Shown here piece by piece: positions 1 to 13,132 of a DNA stretch of 64,000 nt (its first letter is position 1; the number at the start of each line of letters is the position of its first letter). This stretch comes from Felis catus (taxonomy: Eukaryota): the NCBI RefSeq assembly GCF_018350175.1, contig NC_058368.1, forward strand, positions 41,108,001-41,172,000, written 5' to 3'. A program made the position numbers and the translations under genes. The notes under the pieces are model-generated. The model did not search any database. It saw only the letters and a list, made by a program, of their open reading frames with translations, and was not told the DNA's origin.

Positions 1-518
1 TTGCTGCAGCTGTTCTTTGTTTTTTCTGTTCTTTTTCTTTATTTTGGGATAATCAAGATTTTATTTTAAAGAATTTCATTTTTCTCATTAACTTCTTAGT
101 TACATATTAACTTATGATAGTCTATAATTGACAAGAGACATGTTAGTATCTGTTTGAAAGTTTTATTCTAAGCATTTTCTGAAAAATGGAAAGTCATTAA
201 ATATCTTAGCTTGTTTTTTACTCTGAATATTGTGTTATTAGTAATAGGTATTTTAATTTTACATATAGTTACAAATACATATTGGACTATTGTTATTAAT
301 ATTTCTATTAATATTATAGTTTTTGAACAGTGAATATGTTTTTATAGTCATTCACATTATTATTTTTTTCAGCCACCTTCATTCCTTTCAAAGTCTATCT
401 GGAATCATTTTTCCTTCACCTTGAAGAATTCTCCTTCATGTTTCTTTTAGTGCAAGTTAACTGACAATAAGTCCTATCAACTTTTGTTCTAAAAAATAAT
501 AGTTTGGGGATTATTTTG

Positions 519-756
519 GGTTTTTTTTTAATTTTTTTTTTAATTTTTTTTTTCAACGTTTATTTATTTTTGGGACAGAGAGAGACAGAGCATGAACGGG
601 GGAGGGGCAGAGAGAGAGGGAGACACAGAATCGGAAACAGGCTCCAGGCTCCGAGCCATCAGCCCAGAGCCTGACGCGGGCTCGAACTCACGGACCGCGA
701 GATCGTAGACCTGGCTGAAGTCAGACGCCCAACCGACTGCGCCACCCAGGCGCCCC
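519..756 (-). mobile_element. CAN-SINE, young SINEC_Fc type
   Basis: Reverse-strand tRNA-derived head (ends CCAGGCGCCCC), (CT)n region, poly-T tail, many intact CpGs; perfect 18-bp TSD AGTTTGGGGATTATTTTG at 501-518 and 757-774. Confidence 0.97.
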
Positions 757-1126
757 AGTTTGGGGATTATTTTGAAAAAACTTAAAGGATTCTTGTTGGC
801 AAAATTTTCTTTTCTACTCTCACTTTACACATTTTAAAACATTTTTCTAAATGCTTTCATTTCAAAGTCTTGTCTTTGAACATGATTTCCTTCTTTATAT
901 CATCATACATCTAATTTAATTATAACCTAATAATTAAGAATTTGATTATAATCTATATTTGATTATATTTTTTCTTGCCTGAACTTTGCTGAGTGTCTTA
1001 TCACTTCAATTCAATCATGAATTGATTTAGGTGGGACTTAGTTGATGCTGTAATTTGCACATCTGGCTCAGTTTTGTTTCTCATGTAGTACCTTCAGCTT
1101 TTTGAATTAAAATATAATGGATTAAA

Positions 1127-1330
1127 GGGGTGCTTGGGTGACTCAGTAGGTTAAGCGTCCTACTTCAGCTCAGGTCATGATCTCACAGTCAGTGGGCCCG
1201 ACATTGGGCTCTGTTTTGTCAGCTCAGAGCCTGGAGCCTGCTTCAAATTCTCTGTCTCCCTCTCTCTCTGCCCCTACCCCGCTCATGCTCTGTCTCTCTC
1301 TCTCTAAAAAATACATAAACATTTAAAAAA
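1127..1330 (+). mobile_element. CAN-SINE
   Basis: GGGGTGCTTGGGTGACTCAG head, CT tract, A tail; TSD AATTAAAATATAATG(G/A)ATTA. Confidence 0.95.
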
Positions 1331-1997
1331 ATTAAAATATAATGAATTACAATCTTTAATTTTTAGAGGTATTGTAGTTTCTTTGGAATACTAATTAAAT
1401 GTTTTACACTCTTTGCTTCCATAGATCTCTGGAGTGTTTAATCATAAATAAAAATATACAAACATATATTTATAAATATACATATATAAATCTCTGTACA
1501 TATTGATTTTATATTTTTAAATGTATATAACATTTTATTTATAAAATATATAATTTTATAAATTTAATTATTAATATATTTATATATATATTATACATAC
1601 ATGTAATTTTATCTACTTCTTTCTAGTTTTTGCAGTAGCATTAATCTACTATGCTCAACTACATCCTTCCTATAAGCAGAAGACCCCAGTATTCTGGGCT
1701 AATATTTTGAAAACAACAGTATCAACAAACCCATCCCACTGACCCAAATTTCATGTGTAAATACTCATACAGTGGAATTTCCCATATTAAAGCAACAAGT
1801 AATTATTTGTGGAAGTTTTATAAATATTAATTATTTTTTAATTGCTGGTCTTTATGTACTAGTCCTGTTCCACCCTTCTTTATAACCTTAATTCCACAAC
1901 ACTTTTTTCCCATTCTACTAGAGTCATACTGCTACTAGACAAACTAGATACAGTGCTAGGACACCACAATTCTCTTGAAAATAACATCTACTTGGAG

Positions 1998-2021
1998 GTA
2001 TTTTTGGAGTAGGGAGGGGGC

Positions 2022-2082
<61 letters not shown>

Positions 2083-2203
2083 TAAAGAGACTCCATGCTC
2101 AGCATGGAGCCCGCTGCAAGGCTCAATCCCACCACCTGGGATCACGACCTGAGCTGGAATCAAGAGTGGGACACTCAACCGACTGAGCTACGCAGGCATT
2201 CCC
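1998..2203 (-). mobile_element. CAN-SINE with expanded (GA)n
   Basis: GACCTGAGCTGGAATCAAGAGTGGGACACTCAACCGACTGAGC antisense head; (GA)n at ~2030-2077. Confidence 0.92.
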
Positions 2204-3484
2204 AATGCCTTATATTTGAAATAAAATACTTTAATATTCTTAGGAAAAATATTTTAATATATTGAGGAATGTATTTAATATATTGAGGAATATATATGTA
2301 TGTTTATATACCTGACTGCATTCTCATGTGGATTAAGGATTTAAAAATTAGAAATTTATTTTCCAAATTCACAAAAATAGTAGATACTTAACAAATATTA
2401 AACTCTGAAACCCAATATCTAAACTTGTAATTGGAAAAGTTAAATATCTCATGGAATTAGGAGACATTTTAGCCAATCAATCTCAAAAGTGCAGAAATAG
2501 CATAATTTGAGGCATACTTGTGAAACCATAAAACTTAGTACTCATGTTCTGCTTTAAGTTAGTAAATGGAATCCTATACTCATTAAGAGTCTTTTCTTCA
2601 CATTAAACACTAGCATACAATGTATCGTATAATAGCAATCTTGTCTGACAATATCCTTATTTAATTAGAAACATCTAGAAGCTCTTGAATAATACTAATT
2701 TTAGTTCTCTGGAGAGGCAATCTGATAAAACAGTATAGTATAATATAGTAAAATTGGCATTACTCAATATCAAAAATGTGATTTAGGAGGAAAAGAATCA
2801 GGTTAAGTCTATGAGTTTTTAAAACCTGGAGATATTACCACAAGAATCTTTATCACTGGCCTTGGAGAGAAAACTAATGAAAGCCCCATTTTCCAGCTTT
2901 GCCTTTCCTTACTTTAATAAGAGGTAAAATGCCAAAGAAATAGTTATGTCAAAAGCCGATGGCAAGTAAATTAATATAATCTCCCTCCAGTTATCAACTG
3001 TCAGATTTTCTGAAAACTTGTGATAATAGGATCAGTTTTAGCTATTCATTCTAATAAAGATAACAGCGTGGTTTAAAAGATGTAAAAAGTGAATGTATTG
3101 GATCAAAAAATAATTCTTATGATTAAAATAGGCTTTAGGAAGAAAAAATCCTTAATTGATGTTATATATGAGAAAATTTAAGTGATTGCCACACACGTTC
3201 AAAGATGTCTAATAAAAACATATTAATAGAAAAGTTTTATTAGAATTGGATAAAAATTCAAATCCCTACAGAGGTTACTATACATTTTAATTGTTAGGCT
3301 CAAAGAAGTCATGCATATATGTTAATCATTTCAAAATTAGTAGTGGCTGAGAGTCACAGAGAATTGATGTCCTTGTTATTCAAGTTATTTTCCTATGTGG
3401 TATTAACAGAGTTTTATTTTTTATTTGCTATTCTCTGTTTATTTACTGTAAAGAGAATTTTTAGTTAAAAAGTAATATTAATGA

Positions 3485-3663
3485 GGGGCACTTGGGTGGC
3501 TCAGTCAGTTGAGCGTCTCACTTCAGCTCAGGTCATGATCTTGTGGCTTGTCAGTTCAAGCCCCACATCCGGCTCTCTGCTGTCGGGCAGAGCTTGCTTT
3601 GGATCCTCTGTCCCCCTCTGTCTGCCCCTCCCCTGTTCGAGCTCTCTCAAAAATAAACATTTT
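3485..3663 (+). mobile_element. CAN-SINE
   Basis: GGGGCACTTGGGTGGCTCAGTCAGTTGAGCG head; TSD AAAAGTAATATTAA on both sides. Confidence 0.95.
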
Positions 3664-3689
3664 AAAAAGTAATATTAACAATCACTTTT

Positions 3690-5372
3690 ACTATCTCTCA
3701 AACATTACCATATGCTTTAACTATATTTATGTTAAATCTAACAGAATATTACTGATTTTTAGTAGTTTTTTTACATTCAGTATTTATTTATACTTACACT
3801 CGTATGTATCTTAGGTTGCTCTTCCTGAATTTTCATACTTTGGTCTGGGATTCTTTTATTTCTTTCTAAAAGATTCTCCCTAGACTTCCTTTTTTAGTGC
3901 ATATCTACTGGTATTGAAGACTTCTAGCTTTTGTTTGGCTGAACATGTCTTTATTTTGACTTTGTTTTTGGAAGACTTTTTCTTTCTGGGTGTACAATTC
4001 TTTTATATAATTTACTTTAAAGATGATATTCATTAACCTAAGATCTTCAAAATTTCTGAAATTTAGTTTTCAGTTATATTTTTGTTCTTTAAAAGTATCA
4101 TATATATTTTTTCTTGGCTTAGAAGATAGGTCTCCTTGCTTCTGGTTTTCTTTGTATTTATTCTGATTGATATTTGCCAGCTCTTGAATCTCTAACTCAG
4201 GTCCATTTTAAAATTTTCAGAAACTTTCAGCTCCTACTGTCTCAAATAATGCTTTAATCTCATTCACTCCCTCTCTCTTTTTTTACTCTTGTGGGATTTT
4301 GTTTAAGAATATGAAAGATGTTTTCACTCTTCCCTTATATCTATATTTCACACTCTTTTTTTTCTATTTGTATCCTTTCCTTATCTGTGCTCCTATCCAG
4401 ATATTTTTCCGGTCTATCTTTCAGTTTACTTGTATTATGTTCTGCTGTCATTAACTTATTGTTGAATCTATCAAGAACTTTTTTGGGTTATTGTATTTTC
4501 CGGTTCTACATGTATTTACATTTGTTTGTGTAGGTTTTGATTCTCTGATGCTATAAACCATCTTCATTTCTATTTTTACATATTTTCCTCTGTTTTTGTA
4601 CACATTTTAACCATAAGCATTTACAAGATGTCTCTTCAAATTCCCAAGTCTAGAACTGCTGGGTAGTTTTGTTTGTTTTCTTTTGACTTTAGGTCATTTG
4701 GCTCTCATGCAATGGGTAAGATGTTTTCAGTGAATGTCAGGCCTTATGCATAAAATTCTATACAGTCCCCGAGTGATTTTGTTTTCTTTCTACACAGAGG
4801 ATTTACCTTTACCTTTGCTTAGCAAGATACAGGTAATAATTGCCCTCTATCAATCCAGACCACAATGAGTAAGACTTGTGTCATATTTTGGGTAGGTTTC
4901 TACTCTCTGTTCTACCTCTAGTCCCAAAGCCTTCTAGGCTTAGTTCCAAGTGAGCCTGGGGTGTCCTGCAACTCTGATGTGCATCCAGACTGCACTGTGA
5001 GTCAGGTCCCTAAAGTATCTTTTGTTGCCTTTTGGGTCTGAAAAACTGTTACAAGATCTTTTTCCCTCTGTTTATTAGTATTGGTCTATTCCCCAGGCAC
5101 TGTGCTGAAATCCTTACCTTTTGCTCTGGTCTCAAATTTGGAAACTGGCCTGAGGGAAATAGCTGCTACAGAATGTCATACTGGATTCCAGCACAACTCC
5201 CATTTTCTTAGAATTGTGTTCCATCGAGTCTTTGTTACCTTTGAGGATCTCTGATGCCTTCAAATATATTTAATTTTTTTCCTAACTTTTCATATAACTG
5301 GCTTCTGTTGCTGTCCACTGTAGAATAGTTCATCTGCTGCAGGATAATCCATATTTTCCAAAAGCAGAAGTA
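3690..5372 (-). mobile_element. Ancient L1M/HAL1-like element (ORF1 and 5' region)
   Basis: Antisense motifs CTTCTAGCTTTTGTTTGGCTGAACATGTCTTTATTTTG and CAGAGGATTTACCTTTACC; ends ...CAAAAGCAGAAGT; T-rich strand bias. Confidence 0.6.
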
Positions 5373-5771
5373 TGTTTTTGTGAGTTGATCAAACCATTTA
5401 AATGATAATTTAAATATTCTTTTACAAAAAAAAGAGGCTGTATTGCTACCTTTGAGGACAAGAGTTTTAGGTGTCTATCTGCCATCTCAAGTATGTACTT
5501 CAACTATTTTCAGTTGCAAGGGACCAGGTAAAAAGTTCAACTACATCTGAGAAAATACCATAATTATGCAAATTTCTCGTGAAATGAGTGGCTCTGCTGA
5601 AAGAGGAGTCACCATATCCTCCCAAATAATGTGCATTTCTTTCTACACACTATGTATTCTTTCTAAAGAATAAATAAGCATATTTATTTGAATAATTTGA
5701 TTAAATAGAGCTTGCCATCTAAAACTGCAATTTTTAAAGAGTTCTAAAATCTATTTGAAACAATAATTTGA

Positions 5772-5980
5772 GGGGTGCCTGGGTGGCTCAGTCAATTAAG
5801 CGTCCAACTTCGGCTCAGGTCAAGATCTCAACGTTGATGCGTTTGAGCCACATGTTGGGCTCTGTGCAGGCAGCGCAGATCCTGGAGAATGCTTCTGATT
5901 CTGTGTCTCCCTCTCCCTTGGCTGCTTCCCCGCTCACACTCTGTCCCTCTCTCAAAAATAAATAAACATTAAAAAAAATT
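5772..5980 (+). mobile_element. CAN-SINE
   Basis: GGGGTGCCTGGGTGGCTCAG head, AATAAATAAAC tail; degenerate TSD AAAC(A/T)ATAATTTG. Confidence 0.95.
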
Positions 5981-6685
5981 AAAACTATAATTTGTGTTTG
6001 TCCACCTCATAACATATATAAAAGTAAACTTGATCTATGTTTCCTTTCTGAAAGTAACAGAAACAAAATGAAAATACAAGGGGCATGATATAATGGTTTA
6101 AGACTTAGTGTATAGAGGTCTTTCTAAGTAAGACAGGAGATCCAGAAGCCATCTTATACAAAAGTGATAGCTGTAACTATTCAGATTACCCATATGCATA
6201 TTACTTTCAATTCTTGGTGTCATAATTGCTTATTCTCCGGCTTCCAGGGATATTTTTCTCCTCTTTACTGCTGACATTTGCTCCCAAAGTCACATAATTA
6301 AATTGTTATCACCAAAACAGTAAATTCCAAAATCTCAAATCCTCTAGGAATCACTGGAAACATCACTGAAATAATTCCTCAAATCAATTATATCTTCAAA
6401 CTTATTGATTCAATATTGTTTTCACTATTATATACTACTCTGACTTTCTCGAAGTTTCAAGAATGAAGTATCTGCTCTACCCTTTTCGTTTCTTTTTTTC
6501 TTTTTTTTTTAATGACCCAAGGCCGCCCTCTACCTTTCCAGAGAGCTACAGGTAACCCATATCTGCTGACTGGCACAAAAGAAGAAAGGTTTTGAGCCTG
6601 AGAACCTTCCAGGTAACCTTTTCTGAGAACTGCCAGGAGGCTGACATTGCTCACCTCCTCACAGAACTTAAGAAAACCAGAAACT

Positions 6686-6704
6686 TGGCCAGCAGAGGGC
6701 ACAC
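6686..6704 (+). promoter_or_regulatory. Candidate CTCF binding motif
   Basis: TGGCCAGCAGAGGGCACAC closely matches the CTCF core consensus CCASYAGRKGGCRS, in a locally GC-richer non-repeat segment. Confidence 0.55.
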
Positions 6705-6749
6705 AGGAAACCCACATGACTGGGTGCCCAGGCAGCCTGCTCTGCATTA

Positions 6750-6950
6750 GAACCTTTCTCACAGCCTTCCATATGAACCTCACAATAACTCCAGAGGAAA
6801 TTGTTAACATCACCACTTTTTAGGTGCATAAACTGAGGAAGAGAGGGAAGCTACTTGCCCCAAGTGACACAGACAGCAAGCGACAGATGCTGAAATTTAA
6901 AGGTACTGTAACATCTGTCTGCCCAAGTCAAGTTTAAGGCTCCCTGACAG
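6750..6950 (-). mobile_element. MIR SINE fragment
   Basis: AAACTGAGG...CTACTTGCCCCAAGTGACACAG core MIR motif; a second opposite-orientation MIR-like remnant at ~6980-7060. Confidence 0.7.
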
Positions 6951-7450
6951 CACCATCTCCACATGGCGGGGTCAGGAGCCCTCAGTTGCTCAGCTCTACC
7001 ACAGATCAGTGTGTGAACACCAGGCCTTAGTCTCCTCATGGGTAAAATGACCAAATGAGATGAGGTGAACATGGGTGCCTGGCAAGCTCCCACCTCCCTG
7101 TGAAGGGAGGCTGCCTCATCACTTCATCATTGTGTTGGCTCTGGTCATGTAGGAAGGGGGTTCCTGGCTCCTGTATTGCATTGTGCCTCTTATGAAAGGA
7201 ACCAACCACACAAGTCTATCCCTTTTAGATACTTCTTTGTAAATAGCCTCAATACATTTGGGCCACATTGCTCTATAAAAATCAACGGACAGAGAACAAG
7301 CATCATTAACAAAGAAAACTGCATACTCTGTATGTGGAATTTATGTTAAATTAGTAAGCCCACACCTCAAGTGAGCCCTCAGTCTTCCCAGTCTTCAAGT
7401 CTTATAATCTTCCAATAAGTGTGGGCTTCTATGCTCGAAAATTATGTCTG

Positions 7451-7503
7451 CATGTCAGTTAAGATTCTCCAGAGAAGGAAAACAACAGCATATATACTTC
7501 AAA

Positions 7504-7580
<77 letters not shown>

Positions 7581-8015
7581 CAGAGAGACAGAGGGAGGGA
7601 GAGGGGAGAGGGAGACATATTTAGGGATTGGCTGATGTATTGTAGGATTTGGCAAATTTGAGATTTTTAGGCAGGCCAGCAGGTTGGAAATTCAGGTAAC
7701 AGTTGATGTTACAGTCTTGAATCCAACATCCACAGGGCAGGCCATTAAGCTGAAAACTCAAGCAGAGTTTTTATGTTTCAGAACTTGAAGCACAATTCCT
7801 TCTTGAGGCAACTTCACTTTTTGCTCTTAAGATCTTCAACTGACTTAATGGAGCCCACCCACTTTATGGAGGATAATCTGACTAAAGTTAATCTAAAGTT
7901 GACTAATTATAAATATTAATCACATGTGTTTACTTTCACAGTCACGTGTAACCCAGTTTTGACAAAATTGGGCACCACGGCCCAGCCACATTGACATAAA
8001 AAATGAAGCATCACA
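7451..8015 (-). mobile_element. MLT2-family (ERV-L) solo LTR containing a (TA)n(GA)n microsatellite
   Basis: Starts ...GTTAAGATTCTCCAGAGAA, ends GGGCACCACGGCCCAGCCACATTGACATAAAAAATGAAGCATCACA, the reverse of the MLT2 5' end. Confidence 0.88.
7508..7579. repeat. Compound microsatellite (TA)n(GA)n
   Basis: Directly visible. Confidence 0.98.
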
Positions 8016-10019
8016 ATGTGTCTCTTATTAATTATTATTATTAATTGCTTTCTTATTCACTCACACATTCACACATGTACTGATAATTTTAATTACTGTA
8101 TGTATTTTCCTATCATATATATGATATATATGATACAGGTATAAAATCTGGTGGAATATATTAGATTGTAAATAGTGTATTTTAATGAGAGAGAGAGGGG
8201 AGAAAGTGAGAGACAGGAATATGCATGAAACCAAAGATCTCCTGGTAACTGTACATATTCCTAAGTTGGGAGAAATATATACTTAATACTTATGTCATAG
8301 ATACATGCCATATAATCTATAAATAATGCAGAATATAATATATAACAACACAGTATACAATATATATGTATATTACTTTCTTTCCCCAAATGAGAATTAA
8401 TAAGATTTAAATTTTTGATCAAAATTAAAGAAATATTTTTAAGATCTATATAAATAATGATCCAAAATTTATTGAATGCAACAGCTAAAAGTAGTATGAA
8501 TAAGCAAGGATTATCAATGGTTATGTAAACAAAGTATTTAAATGCATTCTGGAACAATAATCATTAAAAAATGATGTTGATTTAATGGAATAAAATGTTT
8601 TGAAGAGACAAAAATTACTAAGATCAGTGCTGAAATTATAATTGTGTTTGGAAAGCACAGAATGGACGTATCTCTACTGGGCTGCTAATATTTCTCTTTT
8701 TAACTTTCCCTTTTAATTAGCTTCACATCATAAAAATAAAATAATTTCATCATTAAGTAGGTTTAATATAGAAGATTTTTTTGTTAAGAGGTACAGACTG
8801 AGGAATCCTTGTTATGCCCATCTATAGATTCATAAATCTTGGAAACTTTAAATGACACATTCCAACCCAAATAACTTTCAATTGTTTGGCAGATGTTTAT
8901 ATTTAGAATCTCATTAATGATGTTAGATTAACAAATTAACTAAAACTACTCTAGTTAAACACACTTTAAATATCACTGCTGAAATGAACCACTGTTACTT
9001 TTGGGTCTGTATCTGGTTGAAAGTCTTATATAGCTCATCTTTTATGGGCCTGGAGATGCCTATGAAACACGAATTCATGAGTTAAAGGAGGGAATTTAAA
9101 GTAGAACAAGACTGCAAACAATGAACAGAAACTGGTGTTTCAGATGTAAAGAAGAAATATATACATTTCACCTGGTTTTATATTCTTATATCACTGTTTG
9201 ATCACACTGAAGAGAATATCTAATTCTACATTTTACTATAATAGCACTATGCATTATTTTTATATTTATACTGCTAGGAGATTTTTGTTGTACAGTTACA
9301 AGGTGAGGATAATGTAAAAACCTTTTGAAAGTATGCTCAGGGCCATCTTCCTAAATAGGAAAACCTTTCCATGTCTGAAGAATAGACAAGCTGGTAGAAT
9401 GAGGTTTTCACTCCCATTTTAAAGGGGATGATTATAGAAGCATAATATTGAGCTAGAAGGTGGAAATCAGACAGATTAATCTCATTACTAAAAAGTCAAC
9501 AGGAAGGAATAAATTACATAAACAAAACATCTGGATTATTGAAGAGAAACTAATTAACATAGTAAGAAAAAAATGTGCCTGCCCTCTGAATTATGAAGGC
9601 ACATTATAAAGGGTATAATCAGAACACTGAAAATGATTGCCGACACATTCTTGTAGCATACACATGTTCTCCCTAAGGAGACATATAATTACAACAAATT
9701 GTATTCTAAATATGTATCTGTAATTTTGTAGGCATGAGTTTTCTTGTGAATTCAAACATTTTTAAGTCACCAAAATGTGTCTTTTAAAAGCTTAAATTAT
9801 TTGGAGAACCATGGCTTAATATTTCAATTATTGACCAAATCACTAAGTATTTACTAAAATAAACTATTTAACATTGTTCTTGAGAAGAGATGTAAAGCAC
9901 TATTTTATACTATAATAATATATGTTTGAATTTAGAAGTATAAAAACCAGCCATGTAATTAAAGAACCTATTTACACTATGACGTGAAGATGACCAAATA
10001 CTCTAGCTCATTTTTCTCA

Positions 10020-10400
10020 TAGATTATTAAAGCCAAGAAATAAATACCACCAGGAATACAATAAAATTAGGTTTATTGAGTCTCCTGTAGCAAGGAAAAT
10101 ATATCCCAGAGGAAATGAGGATGTCTTAAGAAAGTTGGAATAGGGAGACCTCTTCTAGGATTTAGGATTGTGGTAGAGAATTTTAAGGAGGGATTAAATA
10201 AAAGAAAGATACTGTCAAGAAGTGAGGGCAATACAGTTGGATTTCTTAGTAAGTTCCACATATAAAACAAGAGGCTAAAAGTGGGACTATTATATTTGGT
10301 TAGCTGGAAAAGAGAATTATTTAGTTATTTTTGTGATTGCCAAGTGGCCCTCTGTCTGTCATACTGTGAATATGATTGTAATGTTGACTTTTTTGAGTTT
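10020..10400 (-). mobile_element. Old LTR fragment (LTR78/79-like, tentative)
   Basis: AGGTTTATTGAGTCTCCTGTAGCAAGG...TAGGATTTAGGATTGTGG resembles an ancient ERV LTR in antisense, including a reverse poly(A)-signal-like TTTATT. Confidence 0.35.
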
Positions 10401-10870
10401 CAGAGTTTAGTTTCCAGCAATGCTATTGTTTGCTAAGAAAAAATCCAAATTACCAAAATTCTTTGTATCTCTTAGCTAATTTTTTCCCCAAGATAAATTA
10501 AATAACAAAATGGTGCTATACTGTGTATGTAAGCACACAAACACTTCTATATTGTATTGTAGAAGCTATTTTTCCTTTGAATTTGTATATAACATCTGCT
10601 TGAAAACTATTTTTGTGAAAGTTATTTTATGAATGAGTGATGCAGGCATCAATTTTCCCACATGGCTGTCTAATTTCTATTGGGCCATTTATTGAAGGCC
10701 CTTCTCTGTATTGCCACTTTTTCTTGCAGATAAAGTACCCATGTAAGCTTGGGGAAGTCCTATGGTGGGCATGGAGCCCACTTAAAAATATTAAAATATA
10801 TTGGTTGCATAAATTATTGTGAACTGATATCTGTACATTATTAGTTCATGAAATTAATAAACATGATACA

Positions 10871-11105
10871 GGGGCACCTGGGTGGCTCAGTCAGTTGAGC
10901 GTCAAACTTCAGCTTAGGTCATGATCTTGCAGTTTGTGGGTTTGGGCTGGTGTCAGGCTCTGTGCTGACAGTTCAGAACCTGGAGCCTGCTTCGGATTCT
11001 GTGTCTCCCTGTCTCTCTGACCCTCCCTCCCTCACGCTCTCAATCTCTCTCTCTCTCTCTCTTAAAAATAAACATTAAAAATTTTTAAATAAATAAAAGT
11101 AAATA
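10871..11105 (+). mobile_element. CAN-SINE inserted in an old antisense L1
   Basis: GGGGCACCTGGGTGGCTCAG head, CT tract, A tail; degenerate TSD AATAAACATGATACA / AATAAACACGGTATA. Confidence 0.95.
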
Positions 11106-11334
11106 AATAAACACGGTATATATCAATAATTGTTAAAAGTTTTCTGTATTGGTATAATTCAATAATGGTTAATACTCTGTGTTAGACATTTTTTGTCAGA
11201 TTTATTTCTCGATGTTTGATATTTTGATGTCACTGTTCCATGATGTAATAAAGCAGGACATCTAATTGAGCAACATCAAGATAAAGAAGTAATGTAGTAC
11301 CAGGACATGGAGCCACCAATTATCATTTTGGTTT

Positions 11335-11410
11335 TTTTCTTTGTTTAAGTTTTTATTAAATTCCAGTATTATTAGTTTCAGGAGTAGAATTTAGTGATCA
11401 TCACTTACAT
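11335..11410 (-). mobile_element. Very short carnivore L1 3' end
   Basis: Poly-T followed by TTATTAGTTTCAGGAGTAGAATTTAGTGATCATCACTTACAT, typical of the reverse of a carnivore L1 3' terminus. Confidence 0.65.
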
Positions 11411-12476
11411 GTTACTTTCATTCATTGTCTTATATTTTGTTCTCAGATTAAGTAATGTCCTCACTTTTATTCATACTTATTTGATGTTCTCTATACTTTT
11501 ACGAAATAAGCATGTGTTGCTGAACAGTACAGTTTAATTTGTTCCATATTTTTCAGTTTCTACAAATAGAATTATACAATGTGAAGTATTGTGCTCAATA
11601 TTGTGTTGGGTCCCTTCTATGCATTTGTAGTTTTATGCAGTTTTTTCTTTTTTCTTTCTGTTTTTAAAATATTCATTGCCTTTAGTTTGAAGTATACAAT
11701 TAACTTATCCATTCAGTTTGGGGATAATATAAATAATGCTGTTATTGTACTTTTTGTGTATTTCTCTGGGAAGCCATGTGCATGCATATCTGTTGAGTAT
11801 ATACGCAGGAGTGTAATCTCTCTGACATAGCATGTGTTTATTTCAAGTAGATAATGCCAATTGGCTGTCCTCACAGGTTATGTACTTTTACATTCCTGTT
11901 TTAATTATGAGATTTCCAGTTTCTTTCACAACTTCACCAACTCTAGGTCCTGCAACTGTTGTGGGGGAGGGCATTAATTTGGGTCTGCCCATTTACTACT
12001 AAGACTGAGAATATTGTTATATGTTTACTGATCATTTGACTATCTTCTTTTGTAGAGTGTCTTCAAGTTAATTGTCCAGGTTTTTATTTAATTGCAATTC
12101 ATTATCTTTTTCATTTTTAGCATTTTAAACATAAATCTTCGGTATACCAGCCTTTATGACTTGTTTGTGTTGCAAATATCTTTCCCACTGTTGTTTTTCT
12201 TTCTACTCCCTTAATGGTGAGTTATGATCACATGAAGTTCTGTTTAATTTAGTCAATCTATCAAGTTTTTCATTTATAATTAGTATTTTATTTAAGAAAC
12301 TCACTGCTTCGAGATAAAAAATATTCTACCATATAAACACTAAAAGCTCTATTTTTTTGCCTTTTACATTTTGGTTTGGAATCTAACAGAATTAAATTTT
12401 TGTATATGATATAGGGTAAAGACCAAATTTCCTCATTTTCCATGTGACTATCCAATTGGCCCACACTGTTTCTAAA

Positions 12477-12655
12477 GTGGGCATGGAGCCTGCTTAAAAA
12501 TATTAAAATATATTGGTTGCATAAGTTATTGTGAACTGATATCTGTACATTATTAGTTCATGAAATTAATAAACATGATACAGGGGCACCTGGGTGGCTC
12601 AGTCAGTTGAGCGTCAGACTTCAGCTTAGGTCATGATCTTGCAGTTTGTGGGTTT
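12477..12655 (+). repeat. 179-bp direct copy of 10765-10943 (flank plus SINE 5' part)
   Basis: Manual alignment: 175/179 identical, no gaps, offset 1712 bp. Confidence 0.95.
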
Positions 12656-13132
12656 CATTAACCACTCTTCTCTATGCATATTCGTGTTTATTTTTTCATA
12701 AATCAGATATACAGTCATCTATTTTTAGACTGTACTTTATTCTAATGGTCTTTCTGCCTATTCTTGCACCAAAACTATACTGTCTTAGTTGCCAACATTT
12801 TATGGGTTTTGATATTTAGTTAGATTGATCATTCCATCTTCTCCTGTACAATTGTCTTGGCTATTATTAATAGTCTGCATTTAGACTTAATTTGTAGAAT
12901 CTCTTATCCATTTTAACACACACAAACACATAAAAAGATTTCCATGAATATCATTGCACGTCCTTGGTTTTGTAAATCTGTCTAGAGCAAGTTAAAAATT
13001 TTATAAGTTGAGTGCTATGAACCGTAGGCATGATATATCCTTCCATTATTTATATCTCCTTAGAATCCTTTTAATATAATACTTTGCAAATATCTATGGA
13101 AAAATCATACACATTTTAAGTTATATTTATTC

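Larger units (their letters stand above)
230..1685 (-). mobile_element. Ancient L1M/HAL1-like fragment (ORF1/5' region), interrupted by two SINEs
   Basis: Antisense L1M-like motif TTTCTTTTAGTGCAAGTTAACTGACAATAAGTCCTATCAACTTTTGTT near 440-490; terminal ...TATAAGCAGAAG resembles the end of the similar element at 5372; heavily diverged. Confidence 0.5.

Noticed and set aside
1924..2178. ORFs with LSLSLS, ERERER or HTHTHT runs (here and at 7419, 18245, 22751, 41355, 45974, 50079)
   Set aside because: They are translations of CAN-SINE bodies and microsatellites.
6457..6816. 119-aa minus-strand ORF
   Set aside because: It begins in a MIR, crosses a poly-T run, and shows no recognisable domain or exon structure.
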